Origin: Pasteurellaceae bacterium
GTDB lineage: Bacteria; Pseudomonadota; Gammaproteobacteria; Enterobacterales; Pasteurellaceae
Reading direction: 5' to 3'
Assembly (NCBI GenBank): GCA_900756155.1
Contig: CAAEJV010000018.1
Location: forward strand, 32,251-96,250
Length of the DNA: 64,000 bases
The notes under the pieces are model-generated. The model did not search any database and had not been told where the DNA came from. It saw nothing but the letters and a program-made list of their open reading frames with translations. Positions 9,329 through 20,261 of the stretch are shown here, piece by piece. The first letter of the stretch is position 1, and every line of letters starts with the position of its first letter. The position numbers and the translations under genes were made by a program.

Positions 9329-10368
9329 ATCTCTAAAAGTGCGGTTAGTTTTTCTGCTACTTTTTCCGGTGTAATATCAATCAAACTTTGATGATACCCT
9401 TCCGAGCTATCTGTACTTTTACGCACCTTAATTAAATCGCCTTCAATTAAACGAATAATCACGGCTTTATCTGATAATGGTGGCGTATAAGTGGGGCTCG
9501 TTGGGCCGTAAAGCGCAACCAATGGACGCTCTGTCGCAGCGGCAATATGCATTAAGCCGCTGTCATTGCTCACCACTGCTGTGCAGTTAGCAATTAAATC
9601 TACCGCTTGATTAAGATTCGTTTGCCCTGCCAAATTCAAACAGAACGGTTGTAGCTCGGCTGGCAACGCATTGCGAATTTGCTCCCCAGCTTCCACATCT
9701 TTTGATGAACCAAATAATTCCACTGCATAGCCTTTTTCAATCAGCATTTCAGCCAATTTAGCATAATGATAATGCGGCCAACGTTTAGCTGGTCCAAATT
9801 CTGCACCAGGGCAGAAACCAATAATTGGACGTTCGCCTAAAAGTGCGGTCTGTTTTTCAAAGTTTTTTAAGGTTCCCGCCTGTTGAGTGGGCTCAACGGT
9901 TAAATAAGGTTTTAGAACAGGAATATCTGCCGCTTTTGGCACCGAATTTTGCTCAAAAGCTAACGCGACATACCGTTGCACCATCATAGGATAATCACGT
10001 TTATTATTGCGTAAATCGTTAAGCAAGAAATAACGGCTTTCCCCTTTCCAACCACGACGCACCGCAATTTTTGCAAAGGCGGGAATGAAAGCAGACTTCA
10101 AGGAATTTGGTAACACAATCGCCATATCATATTGATTGCGCAATGCCTTACCTAAACGATAACGTTCACACAAGGCAAACTTGCCATGTCCGAGCGGCAT
10201 TTCAATGGCATGACGCACTTCTGGCATACGGGCTAAAAGCGGTTTACACCAATTTGGTGCCATCACATCAATTTGGCAATGGGGATATTGCAGTTTGAGT
10301 TGTTGATACAAACTGTGCGACATCATCATATCGCCGACCCAAGACGGGCCGATAATTAAAATATTCAT
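9325..10368 (-). CDS. waaF: ADP-heptose:LPS heptosyltransferase II
   Basis: MNILIIGPSWVGDMMMSHSLYQQLK is the canonical WaaF/RfaF N-terminus. GT9 family. Confidence 0.9.
   Translation of the reverse strand: MNILIIGPSWVGDMMMSHSLYQQLKLQYPHCQIDVMAPNWCKPLLARMPEVRHAIEMPLGHGKFALCERYRLGKALRNQYDMAIVLPNSLKSAFIPAFAKIAVRRGWKGESRYFLLNDLRNNKRDYPMMVQRYVALAFEQNSVPKAADIPVLKPYLTVEPTQQAGTLKNFEKQTALLGERPIIGFCPGAEFGPAKRWPHYHYAKLAEMLIEKGYAVELFGSSKDVEAGEQIRNALPAELQPFCLNLAGQTNLNQAVDLIANCTAVVSNDSGLMHIAAATERPLVALYGPTSPTYTPPLSDKAVIIRLIEGDLIKVRKSTDSSEGYHQSLIDITPEKVAEKLTALLEI
9841..9849 (+). repeat. Hin-type USS core inside waaF
   Basis: Exact match to aagtgcggt. Confidence 0.7.
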
Positions 10369-10384
10369 GTTTGACCTTATAACA

Positions 10385-10425
10385 AAAGTGCGGCTAAAAA
10401 TAAGACTAATTTTAACCGCACTTTA
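10385..10425 (-). terminator. USS-pair hairpin between hldD and waaF
   Basis: aaagtgcggc-(20 nt)-accgcacttt. Confidence 0.45.
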
Positions 10426-10466
10426 TTCATTTTCTAGTATTGAACAACATTATTTGTTCAATATTT

Positions 10467-11390
10467 TTATTTATTTAACCACGCCATATACTCAGCCACA
10501 CCTTCCGCGACAGTTTTAAATGGTTTGTCGTAGCCAGTTGCGCGAAGTTTCGTTAAATCTGCTTGAGTATATTCTTGATAGCGAGATTTTAAATGCTCTG
10601 GGAATGGAATGGTTTCCACTGCACCTTTGCCATGGAATTTAATCACCGCTTTCGCCACTTCTGCAAAAGACTCTGCATTGCCGGTACCACAGTTGAAGAT
10701 ACCCGAAATGCCATTTTGCCAGCACCAAATGTTGACTTGTGCCACATCACCTACATAAACGAAATCACGACGGAAGTGTTCACTGCCAGCAAATAATTTT
10801 GGATTTTCACCTTTCAGGATTTGGTTATTTAAGTGGAATGCCACACTCGCCATTGAGCCTTTGTGTCCTTCACGCGGACCATAAACGTTAAAATAACGGA
10901 AACCACATACCGGTGATTGCGCTTCAGGTAAAATCGCACGCACATATTGGTCGAATAAGAATTTAGAATAACCGTATACATTCAATGGGCCTTCAAATTC
11001 ACGCTCTTCACGGAATTCAGTTTTGTCGCCATAAGTTGCCGCACTTGATGCATACAAGAACGGAATTTGACGATCTAAGCAGTAATGCAATAACTCTTTT
11101 GAATATTCGTAGTTATTATGCATAATGTATTTTCCGTCCCATTCAGTAGTCGCCGAGCAAGCGCCTTCATGGAATACCGCATCGATCTCACCTAAATCAT
11201 CACCTGCAATAATTGACGCAATGAAGTCCTCTTTATCGCAGTAATCTGCGATATCAAGATCCACTAAGTTAATGAATTTAGTCCCGTCTTTTAAGTTATC
11301 CACCACTAAAATATCTTTGCGTCCCATATCGTTTAATGCTTTAACGATATTACTGCCGATAAAGCCGGCGCCACCTGTTACGATAATCAT
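10467..11390 (-). CDS. hldD: ADP-L-glycero-D-manno-heptose 6-epimerase
   Basis: [21 protein letters not shown] Rossmann N-terminus, about 308 aa. The track ORF is extended upstream; I chose the internal ATG at 11390 to match HldD length. Confidence 0.93.
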   Translation of the reverse strand: MIIVTGGAGFIGSNIVKALNDMGRKDILVVDNLKDGTKFINLVDLDIADYCDKEDFIASIIAGDDLGEIDAVFHEGACSATTEWDGKYIMHNNYEYSKELLHYCLDRQIPFLYASSAATYGDKTEFREEREFEGPLNVYGYSKFLFDQYVRAILPEAQSPVCGFRYFNVYGPREGHKGSMASVAFHLNNQILKGENPKLFAGSEHFRRDFVYVGDVAQVNIWCWQNGISGIFNCGTGNAESFAEVAKAVIKFHGKGAVETIPFPEHLKSRYQEYTQADLTKLRATGYDKPFKTVAEGVAEYMAWLNK

Positions 11391-11442
11391 AATTCTGTCC
11401 TCTTTAAAATAAGTCTGTGTATTGTAATAGATTTTGTGCCGC

Positions 11443-11946
11443 TTAGCCAAAAAACTCTGTGAAAAACAACCGCACTTTTAAGCCCCAGTAACTTGTCCAA
11501 CCCGTTGTGGCTAAATCCATTTTTCCTTTGTTTAAAATAATAATCGTCGGTGTCACATTCACCTGCCATTGATCCGCAATCTTGCCTTGAGGATCATTCA
11601 CCGTTGTAAACTGATAGTGATGGGTTTGTAAATAATCCTCCACGTCCTTATTTGTCCCCGAACGTAGTGCGACAGAAACTACCGGATAGCCTTCTTCTGA
11701 AAGTGAATTAATCGCTGGAGAAGTATAACGACAATAACCGCACCAACTTCCCCAGAAATAAATGATTGTCGGCTTAGCTTGATCTAATTGAGGTAAAAAG
11801 AAGGCATTTCCCTGTAAATCATAAAGTGCCGTTGCATTGATTTCAGGCGGAATATTAGGTTTACGAATAAAATCAAGAATACTGCTCACGATAATCAACG
11901 TCAGCAAGAGCGAAATCGCATTTTTTAATAAGGTTTTAAGTTTCAC
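11443..11946 (-). CDS. membrane-anchored thioredoxin-fold thiol:disulfide oxidoreductase (TlpA/ResA-like)
   Basis: N-terminal TM anchor and WGSWCGYC active-site CXXC. Confidence 0.65.
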   Translation of the reverse strand: MKLKTLLKNAISLLLTLIIVSSILDFIRKPNIPPEINATALYDLQGNAFFLPQLDQAKPTIIYFWGSWCGYCRYTSPAINSLSEEGYPVVSVALRSGTNKDVEDYLQTHHYQFTTVNDPQGKIADQWQVNVTPTIIILNKGKMDLATTGWTSYWGLKVRLFFTEFFG

Positions 11947-11992
11947 AATAAAATTTCATGATCTAGGATAAATGGATTGTAATCGATCAGAA

Positions 11993-12001
11993 AAGTGCGG
12001 T
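11993..12001 (+). repeat. Hin-type USS core with AT-rich 3' flank, at the boundary of the deo island
   Basis: Sequence aaaagtgcggtcaaaattac. Confidence 0.7.
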
Positions 12002-12095
12002 CAAAATTACAGATATTTTGCTATAAATACATTATCTAAACTTGGCATCACATAAAAAATGCTCCTATTATAAAAATAGGAGCATTATTTAATAA

Positions 12096-13115
12096 CTATA
12101 AATTTTCAATTCCTGTAGTTACACTAAATGCTTTTGTCTCTTTAGGTTTTAGCATAATTAAACTTCCTGCTTTTTTAGCTGCTAAAAAACCTTCTGGCCT
12201 ACAAGTTGCTGGTAATACAAATGCACCTACTTGTTGATCCTCATTAAACAAAATCCATCGTGTTGCATAATTAAAGTCTTTAGATGAGAATTTTGTTACA
12301 TAGCTATGCCCACTAGGTGATTTCATTTTATATTCTAAATTCTCTTGATATTTACTTAGATTATCCATAAAGAATACTATTTCAGGATCATACATCACAT
12401 CATTATCTAATTTATCAAGATGGTATTCCCCTTTTTTAATTTTATCATTAAACTCAAGCCACTTTTCTGTTGGGCTAACGTGAGCTGGTATAGTTTCTCT
12501 CAAAACAATAGCCTCATCAGGAATATTCTGTGTTAACACCGCTCCATGCTCATAACAATAATTCATGTGGCACATGTATTGCAATGGCATATCAACACTA
12601 GATAAATTAGTTACACTCATTTGAATATCAAATAAAGTACTATTTGAATAAAGTGTTACAGCTGGTCTTGCTGAATAATGATTTCCAAACCCTTTCACAT
12701 ATTCAACTTCTCCCGTAAGGGTTATTGAATTATTATCAATGATTAACCAGGCATTATTAATAATTGAACAGGGCATCTCTCCATGCAAAACATGATCATC
12801 TTCAGGGCTTGGACAGCCATTTCTGATTAACCCCGAATGAAAAGCAAAACATCCGTAAGTATCAACAATACTATTACCAAATTTCGGCTCAGAAAACATA
12901 TTCTTCATTTTTAATGAATGTTTACCAAATTCAGCATCCCAAATAATTTGACCATAAAAAGGCAATACAATAATAAATCCTTTTTTATTACAAATTTTTA
13001 TTGCTTCAATTCCTGATTCATACTTAAAGCCAAACACTGTAAAATCATTATTACTAAGCAATACTTTTTCATCTCTAGAAAATAATTCTTTGAATAAAAA
13101 TAACTTCGTTTCCAT
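12096..13115 (-). CDS. deoX: DeoX-like protein (aldose-1-epimerase-like fold, putative deoxyribose mutarotase)
   Basis: 339 aa. It is the last gene of a kinase-permease-X operon with the same order and sizes as Salmonella deoKPX. Confidence 0.45.
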   Translation of the reverse strand: METKLFLFKELFSRDEKVLLSNNDFTVFGFKYESGIEAIKICNKKGFIIVLPFYGQIIWDAEFGKHSLKMKNMFSEPKFGNSIVDTYGCFAFHSGLIRNGCPSPEDDHVLHGEMPCSIINNAWLIIDNNSITLTGEVEYVKGFGNHYSARPAVTLYSNSTLFDIQMSVTNLSSVDMPLQYMCHMNYCYEHGAVLTQNIPDEAIVLRETIPAHVSPTEKWLEFNDKIKKGEYHLDKLDNDVMYDPEIVFFMDNLSKYQENLEYKMKSPSGHSYVTKFSSKDFNYATRWILFNEDQQVGAFVLPATCRPEGFLAAKKAGSLIMLKPKETKAFSVTTGIENL

Positions 13116-14446
13116 TATTCCTCTCCTTTTTCTAATTTCATTTTATCCCAGAAGTAATATCCAACATAGATAAAGCAAAGCGTTGGTACAACAAAGGCTA
13201 ATTGTAAAGATCCTAAAGTATCAGAAACATATCCATGAATAGCAGGAACAACCGCAGCTCCAATAATTGACATTACTACAACAGCTCCGGCTACTTCCCG
13301 ATGTTCTTGTTTAACAGTTCCTAATACAGATGTATAAATTGTAGCCCAACATGGTCCAAACAATACACTTGCAAAAATTGCAGCATAAACAGCTGAAAAG
13401 TCATGAACAAAAGAAGTATAAGAGAGAGTAAATACACCAAGAATAGAATACACAAACAATACTGCATCTGATTTAAACTTAGTCATTAAAAAATTTGCTA
13501 CAAATTTTCCGATGAAAAAACCAATAAAACTATATATCATGAAATTTGAAGCATCCCTCTCATTAATATTACTTAAATTTAAAGCTAAACGTATTGTAAA
13601 CGACCATACTGCAACCTGCATGCCCACATATAAAAATTGAGCAATAATTCCTTTCTTAAATTGTTTATTCTTTGATAAATATTTCAATGTATCAATGAAT
13701 TTCACATTAGTAGCTAAAACTTCATTTTCAGCTTTACATCTAGGGAATTTTGTCAATAAGAACAACAAAGTAACAGCAATTAATACAAAAATAAGATATT
13801 TATAAGGTTGTAATGTATGCTCAAGCAATGATAATTTAAATTCATGAGCTTGATCTGGTGACATCGTAAGCAATTGTTCTTTCAAGCTAGCCCCTTCTTG
13901 GAAGATTAAATATTTACCCAGTAAAATGCCAGAAATCGCACCAATCGGATAAAATGTTTGACTAATATTCAGTCTTAATGTCGCATAATCTCGATGGCCG
14001 AGCATAGAACTATAAGTATTCGCTGATGTTTCAAGGAAACTTAAACCGATAGCAATAGAAAATATAGCAGCTAAAAACATAGTATAAGTAGCCATGTGAG
14101 AAGCTGGATAAAACATTGAACAGCCTATAATATACAAGGTTAAACCAATCAAAATAGCAACTTTATAACTTGTTTTCTTTATTACTAGAGAAGCTGGAAT
14201 TGCAATTAAGAAATATCCACCATAAAAGGCACTTTGAACTAATGCACTTGCAAAGTCACTTAATGTGAATACACTCTTAAATTGAGTAATAAGAATATCG
14301 TTTAAGCTCGCGGCAGCCCCCCACAATGGAAATAGGCAAGATAATAATATGAACTGAAATATAGGTGTTCGATTCAAATATCCATCAGGCATTTGCTGTA
14401 TTCCTTTCATAACATACTCCTTATAATTTACCCAAAAAACACTCAA
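13115..14446 (-). CDS. deoP: MFS sugar permease, FucP/GluP family (putative deoxyribose permease)
   Basis: 12-TM MFS protein of the fucose-permease subfamily. The start is uncertain: internal ATGs at 14410 and 14392 are possible, and the ORF overlaps the deoK stop. Confidence 0.65.
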   Translation of the reverse strand: MSVFWVNYKEYVMKGIQQMPDGYLNRTPIFQFILLSCLFPLWGAAASLNDILITQFKSVFTLSDFASALVQSAFYGGYFLIAIPASLVIKKTSYKVAILIGLTLYIIGCSMFYPASHMATYTMFLAAIFSIAIGLSFLETSANTYSSMLGHRDYATLRLNISQTFYPIGAISGILLGKYLIFQEGASLKEQLLTMSPDQAHEFKLSLLEHTLQPYKYLIFVLIAVTLLFLLTKFPRCKAENEVLATNVKFIDTLKYLSKNKQFKKGIIAQFLYVGMQVAVWSFTIRLALNLSNINERDASNFMIYSFIGFFIGKFVANFLMTKFKSDAVLFVYSILGVFTLSYTSFVHDFSAVYAAIFASVLFGPCWATIYTSVLGTVKQEHREVAGAVVVMSIIGAAVVPAIHGYVSDTLGSLQLAFVVPTLCFIYVGYYFWDKMKLEKGEE

Positions 14447-15338
14447 ATTCTTTTTTATCCGGATATGATATTTGAGTTCCTTGACCAGTCACGCTATAAG
14501 CTGAAAATGCAGAGGCCATGTTCAAAGATGCTAAAATATCATGCGTTTTAACAAGATAGTGTGCAAAACATCCTATAAATGCATCCCCAGCTCCACTAGT
14601 ATCAATAGCATTAACCTTATGAGGAGCAATATGATGAATTACATTTCCATCTAGCCATATCGCACCTTTCTCCCCCAAAGTAACAACAAGATTTTTCAAT
14701 CCTTTTGAAATCAATGAATTAGCTGCTATCAGAATCTCATCAATATTAGAAACTGGTAACCCTGTAAGAATTTCTAATTCAGTCTCATTAGGCATAAAAA
14801 AATCACACTTACACACATAATTAATATCTAAATTTGGATCAGCAGGAGCTGGATTTAATATCACAGGTATATTATTTTTAACTGCAAAATCAATTGAGTA
14901 ATAAACAACAGATAATGGAACTTCTAATTGCAAAATAATAAGCTTACATTTTTTAAGTTCATTTTCTGCGTCATCTATATCTTTTGTTGATAAGTGACTA
15001 TTTGCACCTTTAATAATAAGAATGCTATTTTGGGATGACTTATCTACAAATATCGGTGCGACACCACTGGAAACACCTTTTGCTACTGTTACATAATCAG
15101 TATTTATAGCATTCAGATGAAAGTTTTTTAGTGTGTTCTCAGCGAACAAATCATCTCCAACTTTTGTTAACATCATCACATCCGATCCTAACTTAGCAGC
15201 AGCTACTGCTTGATTAGCACCTTTACCTCCACATCCTATCTTGAAGCTAGGAGCTTCGATTGTTTCACCCAACTTAGGCATCCGATCTATATATGTAATC
15301 AGATCAACCATATTTGAACCAATAACTGCAATATCCAT
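14421..15338 (-). CDS. deoK: ribokinase-family sugar kinase, putative deoxyribokinase
   Basis: PfkB/ribokinase signatures (GGKGANQAVAAAKLG; DTSGAGDAFIGCF) in a 305-aa protein. Confidence 0.7.
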   Translation of the reverse strand: MDIAVIGSNMVDLITYIDRMPKLGETIEAPSFKIGCGGKGANQAVAAAKLGSDVMMLTKVGDDLFAENTLKNFHLNAINTDYVTVAKGVSSGVAPIFVDKSSQNSILIIKGANSHLSTKDIDDAENELKKCKLIILQLEVPLSVVYYSIDFAVKNNIPVILNPAPADPNLDINYVCKCDFFMPNETELEILTGLPVSNIDEILIAANSLISKGLKNLVVTLGEKGAIWLDGNVIHHIAPHKVNAIDTSGAGDAFIGCFAHYLVKTHDILASLNMASAFSAYSVTGQGTQISYPDKKEFECFLGKL

Positions 15339-15413
15339 ACGACCTCCATTTCAATTGTTAATAAAGTAACATTTTATTTAAACAACAGTATAATACTCAA
15401 AAAATGTTAAAAA

Positions 15414-15429
15414 AGTGACAAAGATCACA
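15414..15429. promoter_or_regulatory. CRP-like site aGTGA-N6-TCACA in the deoK/deoQ divergent intergenic region
   Basis: aaaAGTGAcaaagaTCACAg. It shares the 14-mer GTGACAAAGATCAC with the site at 26814. Confidence 0.45.
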
Positions 15430-15489
15430 GTTCTAGAAAAAATTTTTATGATATTATTAGAAGCAATAAAACTATAACCACATATCACC

Positions 15490-16233
15490 ATGGACAGAAA
15501 AAACAATTCAAGAATAAAAAGCTTAGAATTTATACTCAGAACAATGAGCTCTATAAAATTAAGAGATGCAGCCAATATACTAAGTGTATCTGAAATGACT
15601 TTAAGAAGAGATTTAAGTACTGAAGGATGCCCCTTAATTCTACTAGGTGGTCACATAGTCAAAGCCCCTCAAAACCATCATGAGGCTAACTATCTGATTT
15701 TTGAACAAGAAAATAAGAATTTAAAGGAGAAAATGACTATAGGTAAAGCGGCTGCAGAACTTGTTGAAAATGGGGATGTTATTTTTTTTGATTGTGGTTC
15801 AACAATCCCTTTTATTGCATCACAAATAAAATCAGATATAAAATTTACTGCACTTTGTTGTTCTCTAAATACATTTACAATTTTGCAAGAAAAAAGTAAT
15901 TGTGAAGTAATACTAGCAGGTGGATCATACTCTAGTCATAACTCATTTTTCACTCCAATTAATAACTCAGAAATAGAATCGATACTTACAACTAAAGCCT
16001 TTATTTCTGCGGCAGGTGTAAGCGATGAATATGGTGTTAGCTGCTTTGATTATAATGAAGCAAAAGTAAAAAAAATGGCAATGAAAAAAAGTAAAAAGAA
16101 TATATTGGTATTTGATCATATGAAAATAGGACTAGTAAGAAAAGCATATATTAATGATTTAAATCAATTCGACTTATTAATATGTGATCAAGAATTACCT
16201 AAAAATTTCATAATAAAGAATAATCATCAATAA
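15490..16233 (+). CDS. deoQ: DeoR-family transcriptional regulator (HTH plus sugar-phosphate-binding domain)
   Basis: N-terminal HTH ...LSVSEMTLRRDL... and a DeoR C-terminal domain. It is divergent from the kinase operon, as Salmonella deoQ is. Confidence 0.65.
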   Translation: MDRKNNSRIKSLEFILRTMSSIKLRDAANILSVSEMTLRRDLSTEGCPLILLGGHIVKAPQNHHEANYLIFEQENKNLKEKMTIGKAAAELVENGDVIFFDCGSTIPFIASQIKSDIKFTALCCSLNTFTILQEKSNCEVILAGGSYSSHNSFFTPINNSEIESILTTKAFISAAGVSDEYGVSCFDYNEAKVKKMAMKKSKKNILVFDHMKIGLVRKAYINDLNQFDLLICDQELPKNFIIKNNHQ

Positions 16234-16262
16234 TAACCGATGACTAAGTTAAGGAGAAAAAT

Positions 16263-16937
16263 ATGAATAGTAAACAATTAGCACAATATATTGACCACAC
16301 TGCCCTTACAGCTGAAAAAACAGAGCAGGATATTCTTAAGCTCTGCGATGAAGCCATTCAATACGGCTTTTATTCAGTCTGTATTAATTCAGGTTATATT
16401 CCTTTAGCCAAAGAAAAACTCGCTGGATCAGATGTAAAAATTTGTACGGTAGTCGGTTTCCCACTTGGTGCCAACTTATCCTCTGTCAAAGCGTTTGAAA
16501 CCCAAGAAGCCATCAAAGCTGGTGCGGGTGAAATCGATATGGTGATTAATGTCGGCTTAATTAAATCAAATAAATGGGATGCCGTAAAAGACGACATTCA
16601 AGCTGTATTAACCGCTTGTCATGGCGTGCCGCTTAAAATGATTTTAGAAACATGCTTACTCACCAAAGAAGAAATCGTGAAAGCCTGTGAAATCTGTAAA
16701 GCGTTAGGTGTCGCATTTGTTAAAACCTCCACGGGTTTCAATAAAGGTGGTGCAACCGTAGAAGATGTGGCATTGATGAAGAAAACGGTGGGCAACATTG
16801 GCGTAAAAGCCTCCGGTGGTATTCGTGATACTCAAACTGCACTAGCCATGATTGAAGCGGGAGCTACTCGAATTGGTGCAAGTGCAGGGATTGCCATTGT
16901 AACTGGTACTTCTGGTAATACTGCAAGCAATTACTAA
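16263..16937 (+). CDS. deoC: deoxyribose-phosphate aldolase
   Basis: 224 aa, with the Schiff-base lysine context VKTSTGF and GFPLG. Strong RBS AAGGAG. Confidence 0.92.
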   Translation: MNSKQLAQYIDHTALTAEKTEQDILKLCDEAIQYGFYSVCINSGYIPLAKEKLAGSDVKICTVVGFPLGANLSSVKAFETQEAIKAGAGEIDMVINVGLIKSNKWDAVKDDIQAVLTACHGVPLKMILETCLLTKEEIVKACEICKALGVAFVKTSTGFNKGGATVEDVALMKKTVGNIGVKASGGIRDTQTALAMIEAGATRIGASAGIAIVTGTSGNTASNY

Positions 16938-16945
16938 TCAATAAT

Positions 16946-16987
16946 AAAAAAGGAGATTGAAGTGGATGCCTCAATCTCCTTTTTTCA
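16946..16987. terminator. bidirectional terminator between deoC and proS
   Basis: aaaaaggagattgaag-tggatgc-ctcaatctccttttttc. Confidence 0.6.
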
Positions 16988-17002
16988 TCATCAAAGACTA
17001 AA

Positions 17003-18718
17003 TTAAGCTTTAATTTGTCCTTTTAAGAAATCTAACAACTGATCTTTTGCAATCATTTGTTTTTCACCGGTACGGCGATTTTTATATTCGATTTCGCCGT
17101 TTGCGAGATTTTTCTCACCAATCACCACCATGTGTGGCACACCGATAAGTTCCATATCTGCAAACATCACACCTGGGCGTTCTTTACGATCATCAAAGAT
17201 CACTTCTACACCTTGTGCTTGTAAAGTGCGGTACAATTCTTCGGCATATTCTTGAACGCTTTCAGATTTATGCATATTCATAGGCACGACAGCTACGGTG
17301 AATGGCGCAATTTCATCTGTTGGCCATACAATACCGCGATCATCAAAATGTTGTTCAATCGCTGCCGCGACCACACGCGTTACACCAATACCGTAACATC
17401 CCATGGTTACGACCATTGGACGACCATCTTCACCTTGAACGGTTGCGTTCATCGCTTCTGAGTATTTTTTACCTAATTGGAAAATATGGCCGACTTCGAT
17501 ACCACGTTTAATCAATAAGGTACCTTTACCATCTGGGCTTGGATCACCTTCAACCACGTTACGAATATCCGCCACTTTTGGTAACGCTACATCACGTTCC
17601 CAGTTGATATTGAAGTAATGTTTACCATCAATGTTTGCACCCGCGCTGAAATCAGACACTAATGCCACTGAACGGTCAATAATCACTGGAATATTGAGAT
17701 TAACAGGGCCTAATGAACCCACACCTGCACCTATTTTTGCTTTGATAACAGCTTCATCCGCAAACTCAAATGGTGAAGCCACTTCAGGTAATTTTTCCGC
17801 TTTGATTTCATTTAATTCATGGTCACCACGAATGACTAATGCCACTAACGGTTGCTCTTCGCTTGCCCCTTTTACGATTAAGGTTTTGACCGTTTTCTCA
17901 ATTGGTAAATTGAATTGTTCCACCAACTCAGCAATTGTTTTGGCATTTGGCGTATCAACTAATTCCATTGCTTTCGTTGGTGCTGCGCGCTCACCAATTG
18001 CCACCGCTTCCGCTAATTCAATGTTTGCAGCGTAGTCAGATTCCGTAGAGAAAATCACATCATCTTCGCCACTGTTTGCTAGCACTTGGAATTCATGTGA
18101 CGCGCTACCACCGATAGAACCAGTGTCTGCTTGTACTGCACGGAAATCTAAACCTAAGCGATTGAAAATATTGCTGTAAGTTTGGTACATCACATCATAA
18201 GTTTGTTGCAAGCTCGCGTGATCAGCATGGAAAGAATACGCATCTTTCATGATAAATTCACGCGAACGCATTACACCGAAACGAGGACGTACTTCATCAC
18301 GGAATTTAGTTTGAATTTGGTATAAATTGATTGGAAGTTGTCTGTATGATGACACTTCGCGGCGAACTAAATCCGTAATCACTTCTTCATGTGTTGGACC
18401 TAATACAAAGTTACGATTACCACGATCTTCAAAACGAAGTAATTCTGGGCCATATTGTTCCCAACGGCCTGATTCTTCCCATAATTCTGCCGGTTGTACT
18501 ACTGGCATTTTGATTTCAAGTGCGCCGCTTTTATCCATTTCTTCACGGATGATTTTTTCTACTTTACGGAGCACACGCCAGCCGGTTGGCATCCAGTTAT
18601 AGAGACCTGAAGCAAGAGGACGAATCATCCCTGCGCGAAGCATCAATTGATGGCTCACAATGGCCGCTTCAGCTGGGGTTTCTTTTAATGTTGAGAATAA
18701 ATATTGACTTGTACGCAT
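17003..18718 (-). CDS. proS: proline--tRNA ligase
   Basis: Start at [15 protein letters not shown] matches the E. coli ProS N-terminus; 572 aa. The longer track ORF carries a spurious N-terminal extension. Confidence 0.95.
   Translation of the reverse strand: MRTSQYLFSTLKETPAEAAIVSHQLMLRAGMIRPLASGLYNWMPTGWRVLRKVEKIIREEMDKSGALEIKMPVVQPAELWEESGRWEQYGPELLRFEDRGNRNFVLGPTHEEVITDLVRREVSSYRQLPINLYQIQTKFRDEVRPRFGVMRSREFIMKDAYSFHADHASLQQTYDVMYQTYSNIFNRLGLDFRAVQADTGSIGGSASHEFQVLANSGEDDVIFSTESDYAANIELAEAVAIGERAAPTKAMELVDTPNAKTIAELVEQFNLPIEKTVKTLIVKGASEEQPLVALVIRGDHELNEIKAEKLPEVASPFEFADEAVIKAKIGAGVGSLGPVNLNIPVIIDRSVALVSDFSAGANIDGKHYFNINWERDVALPKVADIRNVVEGDPSPDGKGTLLIKRGIEVGHIFQLGKKYSEAMNATVQGEDGRPMVVTMGCYGIGVTRVVAAAIEQHFDDRGIVWPTDEIAPFTVAVVPMNMHKSESVQEYAEELYRTLQAQGVEVIFDDRKERPGVMFADMELIGVPHMVVIGEKNLANGEIEYKNRRTGEKQMIAKDQLLDFLKGQIKA
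17224..17232 (+). repeat. Hin-type USS core inside proS
   Basis: Exact match to aagtgcggt. Confidence 0.7.
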
Positions 18719-18770
18719 TGAATTAACCTTAGATTCTAAGCATTGAGAAAAAATTGGTGAGAGTATAACA

Positions 18771-18800
18771 AAAAGTGCGGTCATTTTTAACCGCACTTTT
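18771..18800 (-). terminator. USS-pair hairpin terminator after nlpD
   Basis: aaaagtgcggtcatttttaaccgcactttttt. Confidence 0.55.
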
Positions 18801-18813
18801 TTATGAGAAAAGA

Positions 18814-20049
18814 TTATCTTCTCGGTAAGTATCTAACTGGATCCACAGATTTACCTTTATAACGGATCTCGAAGTGAAGTTTCACAGCATTGGTTCCTGT
18901 GCTACCCATTTTCGCAATCTCTTGACCCGCTTTCACTTCTTGTTGATCGCTCACAAGGATCTTGTCGTTGTGTGCATAAGCACTTAAGAAATCATCATTA
19001 TGTTTGATGATGATTAAGTTACCGTAGCCACGTAATGCGTTACCCGCATACACAACACGACCGCTCGCGGCAGCTTTAACCGCTTGTCCGCGAGAACCGC
19101 TGATATCGATCCCTTTGTTACCTCCATCGGTATTAGAGAAGCCTTGGATCACATTGCCTTGGGTTGGCCATTGCCATGCCACATTCGATGCCACTGGTGC
19201 CACAACGTTCGCATTAACTGGTGTATTGTTTGTAGTTTCCACTTGTGTTGTCGTCGTTGTCACTGGCGTACTCGGTGTATTGTTGGTAAACGCTGGGGTT
19301 GATGTACCACCAGTTGCGACACCAGCTTTAATTGGACCAATTACCGTACCATCAGAGCCAATTTGAGTACCATTCGCACCTGGTGTATAAGTCACTTCTG
19401 GTTCAGCTGGAGCTGTTGGTGCAGTTGGTGCCGTCGTTTTCACTGGTACAGTCGTGGTAACCGTTTTAGTTGAACAATTTGAAATTTTTAACGTTTGGCC
19501 CACACTTAAGCTATAAGGCTCTTTCATATTATTCATGCTTGCCAAATCTTTCACGTCCATACCGGTCAAGTAAGCGATTAAGAACATGGTATCGCCTTTG
19601 TTTACTTTATAGGTATTTCCTTTGTATGAACCTTTTTGAATTTGGCTGTAATCCGGTGCATTAGTATTTGGATTACGCGGCACGTTGATTGCGCCAGAGC
19701 TGGTGCAATCAGAAACCGTTTTAGTTACCGTTTTAGTTTGTGGTTGAACCGGTGCTGGAGCTGGCGTTGGTTTAGTCTGTGCTGCAGCAGGTTGTTGAAC
19801 CGGTTGATAAGTCGGTTGGAAACTTGGTTGTGGTGTTTGAGTTCCCGTTGGCACGCTATTGCCCATGGTATTTGGCATCGTATTTTGTTGGATTTCTGGC
19901 TGCCATGTACCGCTCGAATTATTATCAACAGGTTGCATTACCCCCGGAGAAAGTGTGCCATCTACATTTTCAATTGGCGCAGGGCTATTTGAACTACAAG
20001 CCGTTAAAATAGCGATACTCACAGGGAGCAATAAAAACGATTTTTTCAT
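18814..20049 (-). CDS. nlpD: murein hydrolase activator lipoprotein NlpD (LysM plus LytM/M23 domains)
   Basis: Lipobox LTAC, a LysM segment ([17 protein letters not shown]...), a long P/T/Q-rich linker and a C-terminal degenerate M23 domain. Confidence 0.85.
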   Translation of the reverse strand: MKKSFLLLPVSIAILTACSSNSPAPIENVDGTLSPGVMQPVDNNSSGTWQPEIQQNTMPNTMGNSVPTGTQTPQPSFQPTYQPVQQPAAAQTKPTPAPAPVQPQTKTVTKTVSDCTSSGAINVPRNPNTNAPDYSQIQKGSYKGNTYKVNKGDTMFLIAYLTGMDVKDLASMNNMKEPYSLSVGQTLKISNCSTKTVTTTVPVKTTAPTAPTAPAEPEVTYTPGANGTQIGSDGTVIGPIKAGVATGGTSTPAFTNNTPSTPVTTTTTQVETTNNTPVNANVVAPVASNVAWQWPTQGNVIQGFSNTDGGNKGIDISGSRGQAVKAAASGRVVYAGNALRGYGNLIIIKHNDDFLSAYAHNDKILVSDQQEVKAGQEIAKMGSTGTNAVKLHFEIRYKGKSVDPVRYLPRR

Positions 20050-20072
20050 TTATTCTTCCTTTAACATTAAAT

Positions 20073-20261
20073 TTATTTCATTTGATTTGGCATCGAATTT
20101 TTTTCAATTTCCGGCATAAAGCTACCACCGGCAACAGCTCCCGTTCCTTCTACGGGTTGCATAATACCATTAGGTAATGCATCGGGATCTTGTTTTTGTG
20201 GTTCTCCTGTACAAGCTGAGATCAGCAATGCACTCGAAATAATTAAGAGTAATTTATTCAT
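20073..20261 (-). CDS. small lipoprotein, paralogous to the NlpD N-terminal region
   Basis: Lipobox LISAC. It shares the motif MQPV...PEI..N.MPN.M with NlpD residues 35-65. Good RBS (AGGATGA) for the ATG at 20261; the track ORF starts at 20273. Confidence 0.45.
   Translation of the reverse strand: MNKLLLIISSALLISACTGEPQKQDPDALPNGIMQPVEGTGAVAGGSFMPEIEKNSMPNQMK

Noticed and set aside
17003-18796. Over-long track ORFs: proS (597 aa), hldD (327 aa), truD (355 aa, TTG start), zwf (517 aa), slyD (223 aa), hslR (165 aa), pnuC (238 aa), yqhA (189 aa)
   Set aside because: Internal ATG codons with RBS reproduce the conserved N-termini and lengths of the known proteins. The upstream extensions carry no homology, and in hslR and truD they would run into the neighbouring gene or promoter.
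19084-20119. Several 60-120 aa ORFs on the + strand inside nlpD (19084..20119) and inside the slyD tail (24553..24892)
   Set aside because: They are artefacts of low-complexity, codon-repetitive DNA (the P/T/Q linker and the His/Gly/Cys tail), which keeps alternative frames open.
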